Origin: Eremomyces bilateralis CBS 781.70
Lineage: Eukaryota
Strand: one strand, 5' to 3'
DNA: 64,000 bases
Assembly: GCA_010015585.1 (NCBI GenBank)
Contig: ML975156.1
This document shows positions 60,476 through 64,000 of the stretch, in pieces (position 1 is the first letter of the stretch; every line of letters begins with the position of its first letter). The notes beneath the pieces were generated by a model, which made no database searches, had not been told where the DNA came from, and saw nothing but the letters and a program-made list of their open reading frames with translations. Both the position numbers and the translations under genes were made by a program.

Positions 60476-61521
60476 TCATGCCATCATGGACTTGTAACAT
60501 GGCCTGCAGAAGATCCCTTGAAGTACTCCTGCGTAGAAAATCCTTCATATCGCGCTTGCAGTTCTGACATTTGAAATACCCTTAACTATATACGTGATCC
60601 AGGGTGACAATTTATAGGTCTTTAATTTTGTTCCCACACGAGTGGCAGAAATATGTGCAATGTTGCAGATAAGGTCCCCATCTGGATGGAATGATAAGTG
60701 CGAATCGGACTCTAGTCGTCTTTTACATCTGCTACTCTTAAAGAAACGGGCGTGCCATCGATTTCCATCCCGCCCTTCTTCCAAAATCTAACGAAGATAA
60801 AAGTTAGAGTTAGATATTAAGTACAGGGGGGCTATGGAGACGTACCCCTCCGCATTCGTTACAAGTGTGGATGACTCCATCGTAGACGCCGTCCATTGGG
60901 ACCTCACTCTCGGTATAGGACCGTCATCACCGGGGACTACAGAGATTCCAGAAGCGTGACGCTCGAGGAGGATGACTTCACTAGGGAGTAAGGGTAGGGC
61001 TACGACCGAAATGATTGATATTTTCCTAAAATTGTATCCCGAAAATATGGACTAGATGTGAGTTCTAACGGCGGAGTTGGTGATTGAACAATCACATTGG
61101 TTGGAGACTGCTCTCCGGTAGACGCCGGATGAGTTAAGGTCTTCTTCAAATGCGAATCGAACGAAAGCGGCCTCAATGCCACAAAATTCCGGTCCAGCGG
61201 CAGGCCGTGCAGTCAAGACAGACTGGCTGTCTTCGTGTCTGGCAAGGCAGCTCATTGCATCGTATCTATCTTCAAGGAGTTCAAGACGTCTAGAAAGGAC
61301 TCGATTGCTTTCTAAAACTTGCTCGATCAAGAGCTCAAGTCGCCCAAGCAGACTTGAAGGGATGTAAGAGCGCTATGGAAGTCAGCAACCTCCACAGCCG
61401 CGGATGAAATAAAACGAGGGACATCCTTGATGTTTTCCACGATCGGTTTGAGGACTTCGCAGATCTTCCCAGCGGCTACAGTAAGGCCAACGAAGGTGGA
61501 TACTGCGCTCACCGGTTCCAT
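60476..61521 (-). pseudogene. Fusion relic: fungal STAND-type N-terminal helical domain + FEEDL..S.VYRR segment + Rga-type LIM domain pair
   Basis: MEPVSAVSTFVGL..; FEEDLNSSGVYRR..RTHI*SIFSG..ISIISVVALP; then HTCNECGG|ILEEG..GNRWH..C..DGDLICN, CTYFCHSCGNKI, FKCQNCKR, QGIFCRPC. Contains stops and frameshifts. Confidence 0.7.
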
Positions 61522-62495
61522 GACAACAACAACGGGAACTCGCGACGGCTTAGACAGAATTAAAAGGAAGATAACATACGACGAACAAGAGCAAATGGAA
61601 CTACAACTGAATCGAAAAGAAGAAGATTGCTGTTAGTTATATCTTGAGATTCAGATGCCTTGAAGAACAGAGGCCAAGTAGGATTCCCTCATGCGTTGGC
61701 GGTTGCATGGCCACCATGAACCATAAGGATGAACGTGGGATCGCGATATCTCCGCCCTTTAGGAATAATTTAAACACCGATGCATCCAGTTAGAGAAATC
61801 GAACCCGAAAGGTGTTCAATGGCTCGTCCAGGTGGCATTGGATACTGGAATGTCTTGTTCTATGTGTGATTCGTCCATAGCGGACATGATGGTTCGAATA
61901 CCGGCATGGTGATTTCAGCGCGCCAATTCCCAGGTTTTGTCAAGTAAGCTCTAAGTTTGAGTTGTCTCTAACCGTTTCATCAGATCAAGGTCACTGTAAT
62001 TATGGACTGCTGAAAGGCTGTGGCCTGTGGGTGACTTCAGAGGTACGGCTAGGGGTTTCTGCCGCTGCGAAGGTGGAAGAGTCCCGGCTGCACGTGCATT
62101 TTGGAGGCAGTTGTCGAAATAGGGTAAAGAACGTCCCAACTCCGATTCCGCGATCCGTATACCGGCGGCTATGGCATTATTATTTCCGAAATATTAACCG
62201 TTAGCAAGTTCGGGTCGGACCCTGAAGTTCCTCGAGCAGCTGTTTGGTGGTTCAGAGACGGGACAGGGACTCGCCATGGAGAGAGCCTCGGCAATTTTAC
62301 GGAGATGCTACAGCTACCCGCGGTCTCGAGGAGGATGAATCGAGCAATCTCCTTGAATACATGCCGACATTCTTGTTGTTTCGGTAGTTAGAAAAGGACT
62401 TGTTCGTTTCTTGCTCTCGAATCTCGATCTTTCCAACCGCAACCTACATTTTTCATCCCATCATACCTATCAAATCGCTATCATCGTCACCCATC

Positions 62496-63457
62496 ATGGT
62501 TAACTATCCCAAAGGTCTCTTCGCCGGCCAGACGGCCATCATCACCGGCTCTGGTCAGGGTATTGGTGCAGAGGCAGCTAGACTGTTTGCTGCTGAGGGT
62601 GCCAACGTTGTCATTGCCGATGTCGACGCAAGTAAGTCTCATACTGCCCAATGCATGTCATCGACCCATCGCTAATGAGGAGCGTCCAACAGCCAAGGCC
62701 AATGATGTTGCCTCCAAGATCAACTCGAGCGGCGGCAGGGCGCTCGCCGTCCCCGGCGATATCATGAACGAGGCCTACATCCCGGATCTGGTTAAGAAGG
62801 CCGGTGAGTTCGGCAACGGCAAGATCCACATCATCATCAACAACGCCGGGTATACCTGGGATGGTGTGATTCACAAGGTGATTCCCCCTCATCCGGAATC
62901 CTCCACCTGTTGGCTAATCCGTGAAATAGATGACCGATAAGCAATGGGATACCATCGTCGCGCTGCACTGCACCGCTCCGTTCCGCCTGGTCCGCGAGGC
63001 CGCTCGGTTCTTCCGCGTCAAGGACGGCGAGCCGCGAGTCATCATCAACATCTCCTCCACTTCCGGCATTCATGGCAACGCCGGCCAAGCCAACTATGCC
63101 CTCGCCAAGGCCGGTGTGGTCGGGTTGACCAAGACCATCGCGAAGGAATGGGGACCGCAATTCGGCGTGCGCGCCAACACGATCGCATTCGGGTACATCA
63201 TGACCCGTTTGACCGAAGCGAAGGAGAAGGGTGCGTTCGTTACGTTGCCGGATGGTGAGAAGGTTGCCCTGGGGATTCCGACGGCACAGCAGGCGGCGAA
63301 AGGCCAGGGCCCGGTGGCACCAACATATCCGGATATCCCGCTCCGGAGACCAGGGAGCGCGACCGAGGCGGCTGGATCGATTCTTGCAACATGCAGCCCG
63401 TACATGAGCTATGTGAGCGGGCAGACCATCATGGTGACTGGTGGCAGGAATATCTAA
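62496..63457 (+). CDS. Classical short-chain dehydrogenase/reductase (FabG/3-oxoacyl-ACP reductase-like); introns 62632-62692, 62878-62929
   Basis: TGSGQGIG, NNAG, NISS, YALAK (YxxxK), YVSGQTIMVTGG. Confidence 0.92.
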
Positions 63458-64000
63458 GGCAAGAAGGGGTTTGCGTGTGAGATGTATATAAAATGTTGAT
63501 TGGGAATATGACTCTTTTAGTTAGCGACAACATGATGTATACCATGAACCTTTCTGAACCGATAAGCACGTGACATAATATAGTGCTATTAGGACCCAAC
63601 GCCAACTCATCGCAAAGGTCAACCACCAAATGGATCCCTGGGGCATCGACAGCATCGTATCACTCAATCACGGCGTCACGTGACGGACACAGGGGATAAA
63701 TAGGTGTAGATATATTCCAGTACAGAAGCTATTTCAAGATTCATTTGATGATTTATTATCCAAGCACTGTGCCACAGCAGGAGGATCATTAAGATTCTGA
63801 TTTCTGGGAAATAAAGCACTAATGCAGGTACACTGTAGAAATCCCGACGATGGCGTCGAGTTCTGTGTGTCGCGTTCGTTATTCTGAAACACGCGGACAG
63901 ACGAGGCCGAGAGTCCAGACAGTCGCTGGGAATTGAAGGACGTTTTATCGGTTTTAACATCCATCCAGCCCACCGCACCCCTCCGCCCATGAAACACTCA

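Noticed and set aside
61052..61054. TAG at a position where Trp is expected (RTHI*SIFSG), resembling a premature stop repaired by sexual-stage A-to-I editing
   Set aside because: The same gene carries frameshifts, TAA stops and an apparent large internal deletion, so ordinary pseudogenisation explains it better.
61860..61915. GGTTCGAAT resembling a tRNA T-loop
   Set aside because: No proper T-stem, acceptor stem or D-arm can be formed.
1..64000. CRISPR array, rRNA, intact transposase/RT or secondary-metabolite backbone gene
   Set aside because: No repeat-spacer arrays or diagnostic motifs seen; the DNA is eukaryotic and intron-containing.

Overview
Gene-dense chromosomal DNA from a filamentous ascomycete (Pezizomycotina; mostly 45-70 nt GT-AG introns with CTRAY branch sites; species not identifiable from sequence alone). 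About 21 apparently intact genes can be reconstructed, mostly housekeeping: Ran1/Pat1-like kinase, PRP4 kinase, PNPOx-like protein, cyclin Pch1, TVP18, NTF2, a PY-motif protein, an MFS hexose transporter, UBC6, SAM50, a secreted BBE-like FAD oxidase, an ABC1/ADCK2-like kinase, ERG25, a TMEM135-like protein, CDK11, NDUFAF7, a VPS9-domain GEF, ATG15, an amidohydrolase, a UapA/UapC purine permease, TMA7 and an SDR. Three pockets hold decayed genes: 9-14 kb (RecQ-like fragment, membrane-anchored fucose-lectin-like relics), 46.9-48.6 kb (unknown relic) and 60.5-61.5 kb. The most notable observations are: (i) the 60.5-61.5 kb relic fuses a fungal STAND-type N-terminal helical domain to a pair of LIM domains resembling those of Rga-type RhoGAPs; (ii) a divergently transcribed deaminase-like amidohydrolase and xanthine/urate permease pair; (iii) an internal Kex2-like propeptide in the secreted flavin oxidase; (iv) two stop-free 3n introns in the splicing kinase PRP4. 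No tRNA, rRNA, CRISPR array or intact transposon was found. All family assignments come from motif recognition by eye, not database searches.
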